This document shows positions 1-12,457 of a stretch of DNA of 64,000 nt, piece after piece; the stretch's first letter is position 1, and each line of letters begins with the position of its first letter. The stretch comes from Heptranchias perlo (lineage: Eukaryota). A program made the translations under genes and the position numbers. The stretch spans positions 744,001 to 808,000 of the forward strand of contig NW_027138407.1 of assembly GCF_035084215.1 (NCBI RefSeq), in the 5' to 3' direction. The notes under the pieces are model-generated. The model saw nothing but the letters and a program-made list of their open reading frames with translations, was not told the DNA's origin and searched no databases.

Positions 1-1059
1 GTCTTGCCTTCTCCATGCCCATCGCGAGCTGCTACTTTTAATTTACACTCAATGTCTCCCTCGTATTCTAATATAATGCCAAACGAACCATGCAAGATAT
101 TTGAGCACGGAATCATACGGAGAATAAACACATTAGGATTTTAGGATAATGTCAAAATATTTGTCGAGTTTACTAGCTACTGCCAAAACATAAGCAAAAA
201 AAGGGTGACGCCCTGCAAAAATATTATTATGATATTTTCGATAGGAAAAAGTGTACCAGTTTTCAATGAAACCGGGAATCCAAACAACATTTCGATTTCA
301 ATGTTGTTGGGCCAGAGTTCCTGCTCACTATTTCCCCAGTCTTGGTTACTTATATTACCTTTCATGTAAAACACATGACAATAATTTATTACAAACCGTC
401 TGCCAGTAATACGAGTCGTTGGAGATTATAGACTTAAAAAATCTTTCTGATACATTTCCCTGACAAAAATCGCCAAGATTCTAATATTGGTAGATTTTTC
501 CGACATTTCCATTGTTCATTTTCTTGTTCCTTGAATGAACTTTCTGATTCATATTCTAACTAAAGCACAATATTTATTTTTGGCAAATATAACTACACCA
601 CAATACAATGCATATGGTTTTGTTAATGAAAAGCTAATCTTGAATAAACATGTAGACATATTGTCAGCCTTTAAAGAAAGTAACAAGGTTTATACATCTT
701 GCAGTACCAGTCAGTAATTTAAATCTATTTTGGTAGCAACATTTTCAAAAGATATTGATCTCATTATCATCCGTTCTAGGTAATCATTCATTTAAAAAAA
801 ATTAATTGTATTGCATTTTTGGCTTTTAATATGTATGTTTTACAGGACACATGGTATTAAGATTAATCTGACTTGAACTCTGTTTGGTACAAGTTAGTGA
901 CTCACTGCAAATTCGAGGCTGTAGCATTTTTAAATGGCAGTTTATTTCGCCAAATTGTGGCTCTAAGTGAAATCCTCCCCAGATTTATAGATTCAAGTAT
1001 TATTTTTTGTTAGATTAATGAACCGACTATTATAAGTTATTACAAATCACGTCATTTGT

Positions 1060-1476
1060 GCTCCCTTGAATATAGAAGATTAAGGGGTGATCTAGTTGAA
1101 GTGTTAAATTTGATTAAATGATTTGAAAGGGTAGATAGATAGAATCTATTTCCTCTGGTGGGAGAGTCCAGAACAAGGGGGCATAACCTTAAAATTATAG
1201 TTAGGTGTTCGGGGTAATGTCAGAAAGCACTTCTTTACACAAAGGGCAATGGGAATCTAGAAACTCTCTCTCCCAAAAAGCTGTTGAGGCTGGGGTGAAA
1301 TGAAAGGTTCAAAACTGAGATTGATAGATTTTTGTTGGGCAAGGGTATTAAGGGTTACTGAACCAAGGTGGGTAGATGGAGTTAAGATATAATTCAGCCA
1401 TGATCTAATTGAATGGCGGAATGGGCTCGAGGGGCTGAATGGCCTACTTTTCCCAGGATGTCCTTATGTTCCTATG
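1060..1476 (+). mobile_element. CR1-type LINE 3' fragment (paralog at ~5865-6283)
   Basis: Degenerate RRLRGDL..FPL end of ORF2 plus 3' UTR ending in a TTATGTTCCTATG tail. Confidence 0.8.
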
Positions 1477-1603
1477 ACAGCTTTGGATCAATAATATTGC
1501 TTTAATTCAGATTCTTGTAATAAAACATTCTATGGCATTGTGGAGATTTCTAGGCACTTTGTTGGGGTGGGGGGAGGATAGGGAGGGAAAAGTGAGTACT
1601 CAC

Positions 1604-1666
1604 TCGGTATCACAACGAGTTTAGTCCCAGTTCCAAATATGAGCTCCTTAGTCCCTCCAATATTCA
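1604..1666 (-). CDS. TRAJ: TCR alpha J segment NIGGTKELIFGTGTKLVVIP
   Basis: FGXG motif; GTGAGT donor at 1598-1603; RSS on + strand: CACACCA(1667-1673)-12-ACAAAAACC(1686-1694). Confidence 0.92.
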
Positions 1667-2290
1667 CACACCAATAAACATCCTAACAAAAACCAGCCTC
1701 TGTGGACGCAATTATACTTCACACACATTCTCAGTTGCTGTCTCTCTACTGTGAATTCTGCAGTCAGGGCAAGCATCAGAATATATTGTCCACATGAGTT
1801 ATTACTTTATTCCTGAGCATCAGTGTTGTAACTGGAAGTCTTTGAAGATTTTTTTTTGCGTTGCTTCATTATATTATCACAGAAATAGACTGCAGACTTT
1901 CATATTATTTTACCTTGACCGATTGAATGCAACAATTAAAATATGTGAGATTATTGATTAGCACTCAAGAACTGTGCTGGATAAAGTCAAAAAGCCCACT
2001 GTACGTGTCGCATAGGGCTTATTAGAAACACTTTCGTACATGCTTGATAGATATACTAAATGCCAGGACCCCTGTAATTTCTCCTGAAATAATACAACCA
2101 TTTATATATATTTCTATTTGATTCGATCCTCATATCAAAATTACACACATACAGTTCCTCTTCTCCACTGTTTGATGGACGACCTGTTTAAACATTAATC
2201 ATTCAACCCCAAGTCAATTAAACATAAATTGGATTATTTTCTACTAAAAGCGATATTGTATTTTAGAGAAGATAAAAGCAACAGACTTAC

Positions 2291-2353
2291 TTGGGACTAC
2301 AGTTAGCCGAGTTCCATTTCCAAATATTAGCTTGCTCCCTGCTATATTATTCA
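2291..2353 (-). CDS. TRAJ: TCR alpha J segment NNIAGSKLIFGNGTRLTVVP
   Basis: GTAAGT donor 2285-2290; CACAGTG(2354-2360)-12-ACAAAAACT. Confidence 0.95.
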
Positions 2354-2574
2354 CACAGTGCAAAACGTCTCAACAAAAACTATGTGCACTCTACCGCTGT
2401 CTTCTGTTACATGCACGGTATGTCAAGAGGAATTCGATAGCAATGAGAGGGGGAAAATGGCTGCATTTTCTCCTCCCTAGACCAGGGGTGATGAGGTCAG
2501 CAATAGCACCTGTGGTGTCTCCCCATTTAAAATTGAGGAAGTTAACACCGACTACGGATATAATCTGGGACATT

Positions 2575-2995
2575 GCTCACTGACCCACATTGGCTCAGGG
2601 TCTGGCAACGCTGCGATTAAAAATTCTCACCCTTGTTTTCAAACCCCTCCATGGCCTCGCCCCCTCCCTATCTCTGTAAACTCCTCCAGCCCTACAACCC
2701 CCCGAGGTCTCTGCTCTCCTCCAATTCTGGCCTCTTGCCCATCCCCGATTTTCATCGCTCCATCATTGGCGGCCGTGCCTTCAGCTGCCAAGCTCTGGAA
2801 TTCCCTCCCTTAACCTCCCCGCTCTCTACCTCTCTCTCTCCTTCTCCAGAACGCTCCTTAAAGCTGACATCCTTACCTGTCTTATTATCTCCTTAATTAG
2901 CTCGGAGCCAATTTTTGTTTGATAATCGCTCCTGTGAAGCGCCTTGGGACATTTTACGAGAATAAAGGCGCTACATAAATGCAAGTTGTTGTTGT
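2575..2995 (+). mobile_element. L2-type LINE 3' fragment (paralog at ~7388-7808)
   Basis: KILTLVFK..GLAPPYL..RSLLSS-like end of ORF2 and an AAATGCAAGTTGTTGTTG tail. Confidence 0.75.
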
Positions 2996-3254
2996 AACAG
3001 TCACCGTTACAAACTGGACAACATCAAACCATTTGAGAGCTGCAGAATTGTCTCCTTCAGTTACTTAATGTAGAGATCCATAGAACCAAGGAATTGAACA
3101 CATCTATTCCTTGCTTCTATTGATCTCTACAATGGGTTGGAATCCCCAGAGTTCCAGAGAATGTTTCAACAGGGAAGTAAGCAAACTGAGATGATTTTGA
3201 CCGCTTTTACTATAGGTCAGATATTAAGCAGTAAATTGACATTTCAGTACTCAC

Positions 3255-3320
3255 TGGGTCGCACGACTAACTTGGTGCCACTTCCAAATGTTAGTTTGTA
3301 ACCTCCACCACCAGATGCCA
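3255..3320 (-). CDS. TRAJ: TCR alpha J segment ASGGGGYKLTFGSGTKLVVRP
   Basis: GTGAGT donor; CACAGCG(3321-3327)-12-GCAAAAATG. Confidence 0.93.
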
Positions 3321-3876
3321 CACAGCGTTACACGCCATTGCAAAAATGCCGAGCCTGGGACCTTCCCCTTATCACTGATGCAGTCCATCGAGTCTTTTAA
3401 CGGCATTGTGACACTTCAAATAATAATCCCGTTTTTTGGACTTATGCAAGGGGCGAAATTTGGATATGGGTTGGGACGCAAAACAGGCGGTATCACATCA
3501 GCCGTCCGGTATTCAGTTAAATTGCCTGAATGGAATAATGCGATTCCATCTGTTTTGCGTCCCCGCCTATAACCAATCTCACCCCATTCTGTTCTGCAAT
3601 TAACACGGGTATTACATCAACCTGATCCTCTTAGCAGTGATAAATTCACAAGATAGCCTTCGAAATGAATCTTAAACTTTTCTATAAAATTTTAATTGAA
3701 TAACGTTCTGCATAATGTGTTTGTCTATCATTTTTTTTCTGTCTATCAGGACCAATTTGACACCACTAAGGGGAATATTTTACGCATTTACATTAAAAAG
3801 AGACACTAAGGCTTCTAGTTTCTCCCTATGTAATTGGCAAAGACAGGTTGCTAATGTTTCGAGGCAATGCACTTAC

Positions 3877-3939
3877 TCGGTTCAACAGTAAGTCTTGTCC
3901 CAGGCCCAAATATCTGTTTGAATCCTCCTGCATCTCTCA
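3877..3939 (-). CDS. TRAJ: TCR alpha J segment RDAGGFKQIFGPGTRLTVEP
   Basis: GTAAGT donor; CACAGCA(3940-3946)-12-ACAAAAACG. Confidence 0.93.
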
Positions 3940-4412
3940 CACAGCATTCAGTTTCATCACAAAAACGTCCACATTTGTAATACGTTTCTGGTGCCATTTC
4001 CGTGTTGTATCGATAGGCATTTCAATACGATCATAAACTCCAGGAAATATCTCCTTTGGAACGAAAACCCTTAAACCCATTCAAATTTCGTGATAATGCG
4101 AATCGTCATCGTATATGACCATTCAATTCTGTGTGGGTCTTGTGATCCATTTATCTATTTATCTGGCGTTTGCTTTTCTCTCCTTTCTCTATAGCGGTGA
4201 ATAACAATAGATAACTGACTTATCTCCACCCTTAATTAATTTTTGTACATTCCTGTGTATTTCCTTCAATGTTAAATAGCCTATATCTGTGTGCAGGGAA
4301 AGCTGGATGTGCAAAAAAAACTATTCCCACTGTCAAATATATAATGCAAGCCTCGAGCTATTTGAGCCAAAATAAATCTTATCATTAAATGAATAAAATG
4401 CTGGTTACTCAC

Positions 4413-4474
4413 TCGGCTCCACTCTCAGTTTTGTTCCTTTTCCAAAGGTTAGCTTGATAACCCCTGAACCTGCT
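4413..4474 (-). CDS. TRAJ: TCR alpha J segment AGSGVIKLTFGKGTKLRVEP
   Basis: GTGAGT donor; CACAGCG(4475-4481)-12-ACAAAAACC. Confidence 0.95.
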
Positions 4475-4676
4475 CACAGCGTTACTCTCCCTAACAAAAA
4501 CCTCAGTCCCAGATTGCATTAACTCACGCCCAGCAGTGCAACTGCATATGCACAACTTGCTAATTCACTATTTATTCTCATGTGACAACAAATCATCAAA
4601 ACACACCAACACCGCCAGCATTGTTTCATAGTGAAGGTATCCAATTTATTAATGTAACAAACGGCAACATACTTAC

Positions 4677-4741
4677 TGGGTTCTACAAGTAGGCTGGTTC
4701 CTTTTCCAAATATTAGCTTATTCAGCACTCCTCCAGAATCG
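4677..4741 (-). CDS. TRAJ: TCR alpha J segment DSGGVLNKLIFGKGTSLLVEP
   Basis: GTAAGT donor; perfect RSS CACAGTG(4742-4748)-12-ACAAAAACC. Confidence 0.96.
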
Positions 4742-6419
4742 CACAGTGGGATACACCTCAACAAAAACCTGTTGTACTCAACTGCATTACCTTGTCCAGC
4801 CACCATGTCTTGCCTTCTCCATGCCCATCGCGAGCTGCGACTTTTAATTTACACTCAATGTCTCCCTCGTATTCTAATATAATGCCAAACGAATCATGCA
4901 AGATATTTGAGCACGGAATTATAAGGAGGATAAACACATCAGCATTTTAGGATAATGTCAAAATATTTGTAGATGTTACCAGCTACTGCCAAAACATAAG
5001 CAAAAAAAAGGTGACGCCCTGCAAAAATATTATTATAATATTTTCGATAGGAAAAAGTGTACCAGTTTTCAATGAAATCGGGAATCCAAACAACATTTCG
5101 ATTTCAATGTTGTTGGGCCAGAGTTCCTGCTCACTTTTCCCCAGTCTAGGTTAATTATATTACCTTTAATGTAAAACACATGACAATAATTTATAACAAA
5201 CCCTCTGCCAGTAATACGAGTCGTTGGAGATTATAGACCTAAAAACATCTTTCTGATACATTTCCCTGACAAAAATCGCCAAGATTCTAATATTGGTAGA
5301 TTTTTCCAGCATTTCTCTTGTTCATTTTGTTGTTCCTTATATGAAATTTCTGATTCATATTCTAACTAAAGCACAATATTTATTTCGGCAAATATAACTA
5401 CACCACAATACAATGCATATGGTTGTGTTAATGAATAGCTAATCATGATTAAACATGTAGACATATTGTCAGCCTTTAAAGAAAGTAACAAGATTTATAC
5501 ATCTTGCAGAACCAGTCAGTAATTTAAATCTATTTTAGTAGCAACATTTTCAAAAGATATTGATCTCATTATCATCCGTTCTAGGTAATCATTAATTTAA
5601 AAAAATTAATTGTATTGCATTTTTGGCTTTTAACGTGTATGTTTTACAGGACACATGGTATTAAGATCAATCTGACTTGAACTCTTTTTGGTCCAAGTTA
5701 GTGACTCACTGCAAATTCGAGGCTGTAGCATTTTTAAATGGCAGTTTATTTCGCCAAATTGTGGCTCTAAGTGAAATCCTCCCCAGATTTATAAATTCAA
5801 GTGTTATTTTTTATTAGATTAATGAACCGACTATTATAAGTTATTACAAATCACGTCATTTGTGCTCCCTTGAATATAGAAGATTGAGGGGTGATCTAAT
5901 TGAAGTGTTAAAATTGATTAAATGATTTGAAAGGGTAGATAGATAGAATCTATTTCCTCTTGTGGGAGAGTCAAGAACAAGGGGGCATAACCTTAAAATT
6001 ATAGCACGGCTGTTCAGGGGTAATGTCAGAAAGTACTTCTTCACACAAAGGGTAATGGGAATCTGGAAACTCTCTCTCCCAAAAATCTGTTGAGGCTGGG
6101 GGTGAATTGAAAGGTTCAAAACTGAGATTGATAGATTTTTGTTCGGCAAGGGTATTAAGGGTTACTGAACCAAGGTGGGTAGATGGAGTTAAGATATAAT
6201 TCAGCCATGATCTAATTGAATGGCGGAATGGGCTCGAGGGTCTGAATGGCGTACTTTTTCCAGCATGTCCTTATGTTCCTATGACAGCTTTGGATCAATA
6301 AAATTGCCTTAATTCAGATTCTTGTAATAAAACATTCCATGGCATTGTAGAGATGTCTAGGCACTTTGTTGGGGTGGTGTGGGGGTGCGGTGAGTAGGGA
6401 GGGAATGGTGAGTACTCAC

Positions 6420-6480
6420 TCGGTATCACAACGAGTTTAGTTCCAGTTGCAAAGGTGAGCTTCTGAGTCCCCAATATTCA
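6420..6480 (-). CDS. TRAJ: TCR alpha J segment, atypical: (*)ILGTQKLTFATGTKLVVIP
   Basis: Paralog of 1604-1666; GTGAGT donor; CACACCA(6481-6487)-12-ACAAAAACT; in-frame TGA as first codon and FATG instead of FGXG. Confidence 0.85.
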
Positions 6481-7104
6481 CACACCATTAAACATCCTAA
6501 CAAAAACTCAGCCTCTGTGGACGCACCGATACATGACACACATTCTCAGTTGCATTCACTCGACTGTGAATTCTGCAGTCAGGGCAAGCATCAGAATATA
6601 TTGTCCACATGAGTTATTACTTTGTTCCTGAGCATCAGTGTTGCAACTGGAAGTCTTTGAAGATTTTTTTGGCGTTGCTTCATTATATTATCACAGAAAT
6701 ACACTGCGGACTTTCATATTATTTTACCTTGGCCGATTGAATGCAACAGTTAAAATATGTGAGATTATTGATTAGCACTCAAGAACTATACTGGCTAACG
6801 TCAAAAATCCCACTGTACGTGTAGCACAGGGCTTATTAGAAACACTTTCATAAATGCTTGATAGATATACAAAATGCCAGGACCCCTGTAATTTCTCCTG
6901 AAGTAATATAACCATTTATATATATTTCTATTTGATTCGATCCACATATCAAAATTACACACATACAGTTCCTATTCTGCACTGTTTGATGGGCGAACTG
7001 TTTACATTTTTATCATTCAACCCCAAATCAATTAAACATAAATTGGATTATTTTCTACTAAAAGCGATATTGTATTTTAGAGAAGATAAAAGCAACAGAC
7101 TTAC

Positions 7105-7167
7105 TTGGGACTACAGTTAGCCGAGTTCCATTTCCAAATATTAGCTTGTTCCCTGCTGCATTATTCA
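7105..7167 (-). CDS. TRAJ: TCR alpha J segment NNAAGNKLIFGNGTRLTVVP
   Basis: Paralog of 2291-2353; GTAAGT donor; CACAGTG(7168-7174)-12-ACAAAAACT. Confidence 0.95.
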
Positions 7168-8067
7168 CACAGTGCAAAACGTCTCAACAAAAACTATTTG
7201 CACTCTACCGCTGTCTTCTGTTACATGCACGGTTTGTCAAGAGGAATGAGATAGCAATGAGAGGGGGAAAATGGATGCATTTTCTCCTCCCGAGACCAGG
7301 GGTGATGAGGTCGGCAACAGCACCTGTGGTTTCTCCCCATTTAAATTGAGGAAGTCAACACCGACTACGGATATAATCTGGGACATTGCTCACTGACCTA
7401 CATTGGCTCAGGGTCTGGCAACGCTGCGATTAAAAATTCTCACCCTTGTTTTCAAACCTCTCCATGGCCTCGCCCCCTCCCTATTTCTGTAACCTCCTCC
7501 AGCCCTACAACCCCCCGAGGTCTCTGCTCTCCTCCAATTCTGGCCTCTTGCCCATCCCCGATTTTCATCGCTCCATCATTGGCGGCCGTGCCTTCAGCTG
7601 CCCAGCTCTGGAATTCCCTCCCTTAAACTCCCCGGTCTCGACCTCTCTCTCTCCTTCTCCAGAACGCTCCTTAAAACTGACATCCTTACCTGTCTTATTA
7701 TCTCCTTAAGTAGCTCGGAGCCAATTTTTGTTTGATAATCGCTCCTGTGAAGCGCCTTGGGACATTTTACGACATTAAAGGCGCTACAGAAATGCAAGTT
7801 GTTGTTGTAACAGTCACCGTTACAAACTGGACAACATCAAACCATTTGAGAGCTGCAGAATTGTCTCCTTCAGTTACTTAATGTAGAGATCCATAGAACC
7901 AAGGAATTGAACACATCTATTCCTTGCTTCTATTGATCTCTACAATGGGTTGGAATCCCCAGAGTTCCAGAGAATGTTTCAACAGGGAAATAAGCAAACT
8001 GAGATGATTTTGACCCCTTATACTATAGGTCAGATATTAAGCAGTAAATTGACATTTCAGTACTCAC

Positions 8068-8133
8068 TGGGTCGCACGACTAAATTGGTGCCACTTCCAA
8101 ATGTTAGTTTGTAACCTCCACCACCAGATGCCA
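8068..8133 (-). CDS. TRAJ: TCR alpha J segment ASGGGGYKLTFGSGTNLVVRP
   Basis: Paralog of 3255-3320; GTGAGT donor; CACAGCG(8134-8140)-12-GCAAAAATG. Confidence 0.93.
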
Positions 8134-8685
8134 CACAGCGTTACACGCCATTGCAAAAATGCCGAGCCTGGGACCTTCCCCTTATCACTGATGCAGTCCA
8201 TCGAGTCTTTTAACGGCATTGTGACACTTCAAATAATAATCCCGTTTTTTGGACTTATGCAAGGGGCGAAATTTGGATATGGGTTGGGACGCAAAACAGG
8301 CGGTATCACATCAGCCGTCCGGTATTCAGATCAACTGCCTGAATGGAATAATGCGATTCCGTCTGTTTTACGTCCCCGCCGATGACCAATCTCACCCCAT
8401 TCTGTTCTGCAGTTAACACGGGTATTACATCAACCTCATCCTCTTGTCAGTTAGAAATTCACAAGATAACCCGAGAAATGACACTTTCCTATGAATTTTT
8501 CAATGAATAACGTTCTGCATAATGTGTTTGTCTATCATTTTTTTTCTGTCTATCAGGACCAATTTGACTCCACGAAGGGGAATATTTTTTTCGCATTTAC
8601 ATTAAAAAGAGACTCTAAGGCTTCTAGTTTCTCCCTATGTAATTGGCAAAGACAGATTGCTAATGTTTCGAGGCAATGCACTTAC

Positions 8686-8748
8686 TCGGTTCAACAGTAA
8701 GTCTTGTCCCAGGCCCAAATATCTGTTTGAATCCTCCTGCATCTCTCA
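8686..8748 (-). CDS. TRAJ: TCR alpha J segment RDAGGFKQIFGPGTRLTVEP
   Basis: Coding sequence identical to 3877-3939; CACAGCA(8749-8755)-12-ACAAAAACG. Confidence 0.93.
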
Positions 8749-9224
8749 CACAGCATTCGGTCTCATCACAAAAACGTCCACATTTGTAATATGTTTCTGG
8801 TGCCATTTCCGTGTTGTATCGATAGGCATTTCAATACGATCATAAACCCCTGGAAATATTTCCTCTGGAAATTAAACCCTTAAATCTATTCAAATTTCGT
8901 GATAATGCGAATCGTCATCGTATATAACCATTCAATTCTGTGTGGGTCTTGTGATCCATTTATCTATTTATCTGGCGTTTGCTTTTCTCTCCTTCTTTCT
9001 CGATAGGGATGCATAACAATTAATAACTGAATTATCTCCACCCTTTGTTAATTTTTGTACATTCCTGTGTATTTCCTTCAATGTTAAATAGCATATATCT
9101 GTGTGCAGGGAACGTTGGATGTGCAAAAAAAACTATTCCCACTGTCAAATATATAATGCAAGCCTCGAGCTATTTGAGCCAAAATAAATCTTATCATTAA
9201 ATGAATAAAATGCTGGATACTCAC

Positions 9225-9286
9225 TAGGCTCCACTCTAAGTTTTGTTCCTTTTCCAAAGGTTAGCATGCTAACCCCTGAATTTGCC
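9225..9286 (-). CDS. TRAJ: TCR alpha J segment ANSGVSMLTFGKGTKLRVEP
   Basis: Paralog of 4413-4474; GTGAGT donor; CACAGCG(9287-9293)-12-ACAAAAACC. Confidence 0.94.
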
Positions 9287-10811
9287 CACAGCGTTACTCT
9301 CCCTAACAAAAACCTCACCCCCAGATTGCATTAACTCACGCCCAGCAGTTGTCGTTTTCAAGTTACCAATCACAGAATGAATCTACTCTCCTTCTCCATT
9401 TGAAAGAAAACTGAACTTTATGTTAATTAATTGATTTGCTTTCTGCTCTGGAAAATTCGGTTTGTCCATTTTTCCCACTTTTCTTATTGAAGGTCAGCAT
9501 CATGTGAAACAGAGTAAAGCGCAAAGCACAGATTTTTTGTCTCTACATTGCAACGAAGGAACAGGATTAGGTACTCAACAAAAGAGACGGCCTCGGATCA
9601 ATCGCCAAGTGCAACTATTAACACTTTCCCCTATCCCGTCTTCACACCTTATAGCCTACCCGGACCAATGGGCGCCAAATCGTCGGACAGTTTGACTAAT
9701 TGTCCGATCTACTTTCACTTAAGATGCCCCGTCACCACCAAAATGAGTGATAGGGCGCTCATTTCAGCCTGGACTACATTCGGACGCGGATCCCCATTGT
9801 GAATTCAGTCTCCAACTTACTGTAACACCCCATCCCGTAAAGAAGGAATTGATTTGTCTCAATTAATTCACTTTTATTCTCTCAAAGTGAACCCAAACGC
9901 AACTTTGCTGTCCACGGATATAGTCCCAGTTCTGTAGATCGGAAATAGCCCATCCATCAATAAAGCCCGGGTTATTTATTCCGTTTATTGTGCACCATTG
10001 TGTAATACGTGTTATACCGAAATAAGGCCTAATCATTCTCTGTTTACTCTATTAGATTGTTCAGCGCGCCTCCTCCATAGTTAACACAGCCTTAGATACC
10101 TTCACAAAAAACTCATATAAGGCCAGTGATATTTTAACAGTTTGTTTTGTGAACCTCACCAAATCATGCGTGGCTTTAACCGAGTTACGTTCCAATCTCT
10201 GACACCCTTTCTCCCATATCCAGCTATCTATTTCTCTGCTTACCACCTTTTTCTCCCTGTCTCCCAGTTTCCAGCAAAAGCAAACTTGGGTGTAGTTTTA
10301 ACCGAACCCGCCGATCGGAAAACTGGCGCAAACGTCAGTGTTTCGCCCGTTTTACGCTCCGCCCGATTTTACTCTCCGTTAAAGCATTTCTGCTCACTCA
10401 GTGTTACTCAAGATTGCACCGAAACTGCTCCAGCCATTAAAAGGACAGCACGAATTGCATCAGTATGGGCTGGTGCCGAACCCATTTCCCACAGGGAAAG
10501 GAACTTGTCCAAAACTACTGAAGCACCTAGTGTCCGATCACAGAGAGTATCATACCCTTTGTCCGTGGCTCGAATTGAACGCAGGTGCCATAGATGAAAG
10601 GGCAGTGTTTAACTCACTGCCCCACACAGGCCTCCAAGCAGAGGGAGGGGACCTTCACCACCTCTCTCTACAATGGATTTGAATCCAAGTAGGCGGTGCC
10701 TGATCCACTCCCCAGCCATTCCCGCATACAACGCGTGTCGATTTTACTTCGATGGCTTAACAATTGTTTTCAAATGTGAAATTGCTTGCATGTCCCTTTA
10801 ATCCTACTTAC

Positions 10812-10877
10812 TTGGTGCCACAGTCAATGTAGTCCCTGAGCCAAAGATGAGCTTTCCCATTGCACTTCCATACCACA
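10812..10877 (-). CDS. TRAJ: TCR alpha J segment WYGSAMGKLIFGSGTTLTVAP
   Basis: GTAAGT donor; CACGTCG(10878-10884)-12-ACAATAACC. Confidence 0.9.
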
Positions 10878-11387
10878 CACGTCGATAAACACCCGGACAA
10901 TAACCTCAATCATACCACACCATCGCCTCTCACTGCTCATCTTGCTTTATGAAGGAGGAACACAATCTTATCATTCGTTTCACTGGCACAATCTATTGCA
11001 CATTTCACATCTCCAACAATATGGCAATTGATTGTATCAGAAATAATAATTACTTTACCTGTAATATTCGGTTATTAATATATCAATGTTACTAACCACA
11101 CAATAGATCTATCTCCAACTCTATCCCTAATTAGGATATTTTCCTTTGTCCTTTCTTCTGGGCCATACATTTATTTACATAACCTTCGCCTAATTAAATG
11201 CTAAATTTTGTCAATCAGTCTAAAACTGATTGGGGAAAATTCAGCTCACATTGTTATCCGGGTTCATCACCGTTTTAAATATTATGATTCCTGGAACATA
11301 ATGTGCTCAATATTGCAATAGGTGGAACTTTTACAGGTAATATTTGGAGGTTGAATATTTGCCACACAGTGAATTTCCGATACTTAC

Positions 11388-11453
11388 TGGGTCCTACTGA
11401 TAGCTTCGTTCCAGTTCCAAATATTAACTTGTCAGCTACTCCACCATCATTCA
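11388..11453 (-). CDS. TRAJ: TCR alpha J segment NDGGVADKLIFGTGTKLSVGP
   Basis: GTAAGT donor; CACGTTG(11454-11460)-12-ACAAAAACC. Confidence 0.93.
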
Positions 11454-11641
11454 CACGTTGTTAAAGATACATACAAAAACCCCAAGCGGTGCACAGGAAA
11501 TCTAATATAGAATCACACAGCACGGAAAGAAGGCATTTGGCCCATCGTGCCTGAGTCGGCCTTTTGAAATAACTATCCAGTTAGTTCAAATTCCCCGTGT
11601 CCTTCCCACACCTAGCCCTGCAAGTTTGCTCTTTAAATTCT

Positions 11642-11700
11642 TGGCCCGGTCGGAGATCGAACCCGCGATGTTGACGTTATTGCCAACCAAGCTAACCGGC
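11642..11700 (-). pseudogene. tRNA-Ile(AAT)-derived pseudogene or SINE head
   Basis: Minus strand GCCGGTTAGCTTGGTTGGCAATAACGTCAACATCGCGGGTTCGATCTCCGACCGGGCCA resembles vertebrate tRNA-Ile-AAT with an internal deletion; B-box GGTTCGATC retained. Confidence 0.55.
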
Positions 11701-12394
11701 TTGTACTAACTGGCTGTGCGGACGCATTTAAATTACTTTGTCCAATATGTATATTCGTCTTTTTGTTATTCTCCGTAAACATAAAGCAGTAAATTGTAAT
11801 ATCATGGAACTGGACTTGTGCAGGCAATCGATGAGAGACTATATCCTTTTGAATTCATTGTGTAATTTAGAACGATCGGTCCACTATAGTTTCTGAACTT
11901 GGCATCGATTTGAGATCTTTCATATCCAACACATCTCGCCGAAATAGTTTAATCGGTACAAATTTTTTATTTGGTTTCTTCCCAGTACTGTTTTATGGTG
12001 GAAGCCGATACAATAATAACTTTCAAAAGGAGAATTGGATAAAGACTTGAAGGAGAAACATTTGTGTGTCGATCGGGAAAGAGCAGGGGAGTGGGACTAA
12101 TTGGATAGCTCTCTCAAAGTGCTGGCACAGGTACGATGGGCCGAATGGCCTCCTTCTATGCTGTATCATTTTAATGATTCTATGATTACAATTACGCTTG
12201 TATCATTGGGATCAATGCAAGTCTTTCTTTCAATCTGGTTTAAAAAGAAGGCTCACCGCCACCTTCTGAAGGGCAACTAGGGACGAACAATAAATACTAG
12301 CCTTGCCAGCGATGCACATAGCCCCAGAATGAATTTTAAAAAAAAGTTGTGTTGAGGGAGTGAAATGCTAAACAAATTGCAGATGCCAACTTAC

Positions 12395-12457
12395 TCGGCT
12401 CAACAGTCAGTCTAGTTCCACTTCCAAATATGAGTTTCCGTGCTGTAGCATCATTCA
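12395..12457 (-). CDS. TRAJ: TCR alpha J segment NDATARKLIFGSGTRLTVEP
   Basis: GTAAGT donor; CACAATG(12458-12464)-12-ACAAAAACT. Confidence 0.94.

Larger units (their letters stand above)
1..4537. repeat. Tandem segmental duplication, copy A (begins before the window)
   Basis: Base 1 onward (gtcttgccttctccatgcccatcgcgagctg) recurs at 4807; the copies stay colinear until ...cacgcccagcagt at 4537/9349; period ~4.8 kb, roughly 95% identical by eye. Confidence 0.95.
4538..9349. repeat. Tandem segmental duplication, copy B (6 TRAJ segments)
   Basis: 4807-9349 is colinear with 1-4537, including the same CR1, L2 and MITE fragments and five J paralog pairs; the start at 4538 assumes a head-to-tail junction. 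Confidence 0.93.

Noticed and set aside
4519-4806. ORF-track peptides spanning J segments (also 15497, 20369, 22221, 55268, 58988) as standalone genes
   Set aside because: They are chance read-through of RSS and intron sequence around ~60-nt J segments
9815-9850. Donor-like GTAAGT suggesting another TRAJ
   Set aside because: No FGXG motif and no RSS
11365-11371. CACAGTG heptamer next to a TRAJ donor
   Set aside because: No nonamer at 12 or 23 bp; at most a cryptic site
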